Of a stretch of 37,514 bases of DNA, positions 36,513 to 37,514 are shown piece after piece. Position numbers and translations under genes: made by a program. Within the stretch, counting starts at the first letter, position 1, and each line of letters starts with the position of its first letter. This stretch comes from a virus (lineage: Duplodnaviria; Heunggongvirae; Uroviricota; Caudoviricetes): IMG/VR virus record IMGVR_UViG_2660238346_000033. One strand, written 5' to 3'. The notes under the pieces were generated by a model. It ran no database searches and was not told the origin of the DNA. It saw only the letters and a program-made list of their open reading frames with translations.

Positions 36513-37514
36513 ATGTCGGTTCGTAAGATTCCATCAGGTAAATGGCTTTGCGAATGTTATCCCTACGGGGCATCGGGAAAACGCATTCGTAAACAGTTTG
36601 CGACAAAAAGTGAGGCGCTCTCTTATGAGCGCCGTTTAATGAATAGTAGAGTTGGAGACGAGTTTCAAGATGGTTCTGGTCCTCGTCTTTCTGAGTTGAT
36701 TGCTCGTTGGTTTGAGATGTACGGTAAAACCTTGTCCTCTGGTGCAGAGCGCAAAGTCAAACTTGAGGCGATTTGTTCCAGGCTGGGAGATCCATTTGCT
36801 TCTCAGTTTGACAAAAATATGTTTGCTACTTATCGGGAAAGAAGGCTATCAGGAGAATGGAATCCCAAGGGGAAGAAAAAACTTAGTGAAGCAACCGTTA
36901 ATCGCGAGCAGTCATATCTACATGCTGTTTTTGCCGAACTGAAGCGCCTTGGGGAGTGGTCTGGTGAAAACCCCCTGACTGGTATTCGCAAGTTTCGTGA
37001 GGAAGAAAAGGAACTGGCGTTTCTGTATGTAGATGAGATTGAACGCCTTCTGATTGCGTGTGATGAGTCACGGAATAAAGATTTGGGGGTTGTTGTCCGT
37101 ATTGGGCTTGCGACGGGTGCTCGGTGGAGTGAAGCAGAAGGATTAAAGCAATCTCAAGTACTGCCCGGTCGAATCACATTTGTTAAAACTAAAGGAAAGA
37201 AGAACCGCACTGTACCGATTTCACCTCAATTGCAGGCTATGCTTCCTAAAAAACGAGGAGCGCTATTTTCACCATGTTATGAGGCTTTTGACGCTGCAAT
37301 TAAGAGAGCGAAGATCGAGCTTCCTGATGGGCAATTAACTCATGTGCTACGTCACACGTTTGCCAGTCATTTTATGATGCGGGGCGGAAATATTCTTGTG
37401 TTGCAAAAAATACTGGGGCATAGCGATATAAAAATGACTATGCGTTATGCGCATTTTGCTCCAGGTCATTTAGAGGCTGCTGTTGAATTGAACCCTTTTG
37501 ACAATAGAGGGTAA
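36513..37514 (+). CDS. int: tyrosine integrase (P2 Int family)
   Basis: 333-aa ORF with HVLRHTFASHF and LGHSDIKMTMRYAHF catalytic-region motifs; stop codon is the last 3 nt of the window. Confidence 0.9.
   Translation: MSVRKIPSGKWLCECYPYGASGKRIRKQFATKSEALSYERRLMNSRVGDEFQDGSGPRLSELIARWFEMYGKTLSSGAERKVKLEAICSRLGDPFASQFDKNMFATYRERRLSGEWNPKGKKKLSEATVNREQSYLHAVFAELKRLGEWSGENPLTGIRKFREEEKELAFLYVDEIERLLIACDESRNKDLGVVVRIGLATGARWSEAEGLKQSQVLPGRITFVKTKGKKNRTVPISPQLQAMLPKKRGALFSPCYEAFDAAIKRAKIELPDGQLTHVLRHTFASHFMMRGGNILVLQKILGHSDIKMTMRYAHFAPGHLEAAVELNPFDNRG

Larger units (their letters stand above)
2343..37514. mobile_element. P2-like (Peduovirus-type) prophage, nearly complete; integrase-side att beyond the window end
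   Basis: Conserved P2 gene content and order from ogr to int, with cargo insertions and one inverted block; exact att boundaries not identified. Confidence 0.85.

Overview
The window opens with an E. coli-type chromosomal locus (pgsA, then tRNA genes glyW-cysT-leuZ), followed by a small AT-rich islet carrying a Hok-family toxin gene, a degenerate hok-like copy and a secreted Cys-rich protein gene. From about 2.3 kb to the window end it is an almost complete P2-like (Peduovirus-type) prophage in prophage order: ogr, D, tail sheath/tube/E/T/U, tail fibre and baseplate genes, lysis cassette, capsid and terminase genes, portal, replication gene A, early region, repressor and integrase; the integrase-side att lies beyond the window. 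The phage backbone carries several cargo insertions. The most interesting is a tightly coupled two-gene module in the A-Q hotspot (XRE-HTH fused to an ImmA/IrrE-type Zn-peptidase, plus a PIN-like nuclease), a candidate toxin-antitoxin or abortive-infection system. Other cargo: a ParM/ParR partition cassette with palindromic sites, two genes co-transcribed with the repressor and integrase, an AT-rich hexapeptide acetyltransferase with its own promoter at the tail-gene hotspot, and a NanS-p-like sialate O-acetylesterase inside the late operon. The sheath-tube-E-T-U block is inverted relative to every other late gene. All calls are by eye from the sequence and ORF track; no database search or computation was run.
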